Source: Calcarisporiella thermophila CBS 279.70 (lineage: Eukaryota > Fungi > Calcarisporiellomycota). From it: a stretch of 64,000 nt of DNA. The notes beneath the pieces were generated by a model. That model searched no databases and was not told where the DNA came from. It saw only the letters and a program-made list of their open reading frames with translations. This document shows positions 63,894-64,000 of this stretch, piece after piece (the first letter of the stretch is position 1; every line of letters begins with the position of its first letter). Location: positions 241,922 through 305,921 of the forward strand of contig NW_027192220.1 of NCBI RefSeq assembly GCF_041956535.1, given 5' to 3'. Both the position numbers and the translations under genes were made by a program.

Positions 63894-64000
63894 TGTTTTC
63901 TTTGTTGTGTGGAAGATTGGGAGGTGTTGAGATAATGTACGTATCCCGCTTATCCGATTACTAACTTAAGTCTTCTACAAATGAAGGAATTTATCGAAAA

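Overview
Eukaryotic, intron-rich fungal DNA with short GT-AG introns. The gene content suggests an early-diverging fungus such as Zoopagomycota/Mucoromycota; this is inference only. From 1 to 33 kb the window is loosely packed and accessory-like. It holds an S1/P1 nuclease, an MFS-type transporter, an F-box/LRR protein, a structurally unusual U6 snRNA, a secreted GMC oxidoreductase, two orphan 7TM/GPCR-like genes, a secreted L-amino-acid-oxidase-like enzyme, an arylamine N-acetyltransferase pseudogene, two identical inverted tRNA-Ala(AGC) genes and four tandem Tmt1/Crg1-like methyltransferases. The tRNA-Ala pair is surrounded by small mobile elements: a complete tRNA-derived SINE with a 16-bp TSD, and two TG..CA solo-LTR-like elements, one carrying a related tRNA-like module. 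From 33.8 to 64 kb the window is a dense housekeeping block: ADI1, tafazzin, TTI2, Ulp2-like protease, ABHD11-like hydrolase, DAP3/RSM23, TRAPPC11, a TBC Rab-GAP, LDB17/SPIN90, XMAP215/STU2 and tRNA-Ile. The best candidates for novelty are (1) the apparent tRNA-gene-associated SINE/LTR system, (2) the U6 with an extra 3' hairpin, (3) an XMAP215 lacking TOG3-5 but keeping the metazoan-type C-terminus, and (4) an acireductone dioxygenase with a ~100-aa tail ending in a polybasic-CaaX-like motif. Exon boundaries were read by eye and no searches were run.
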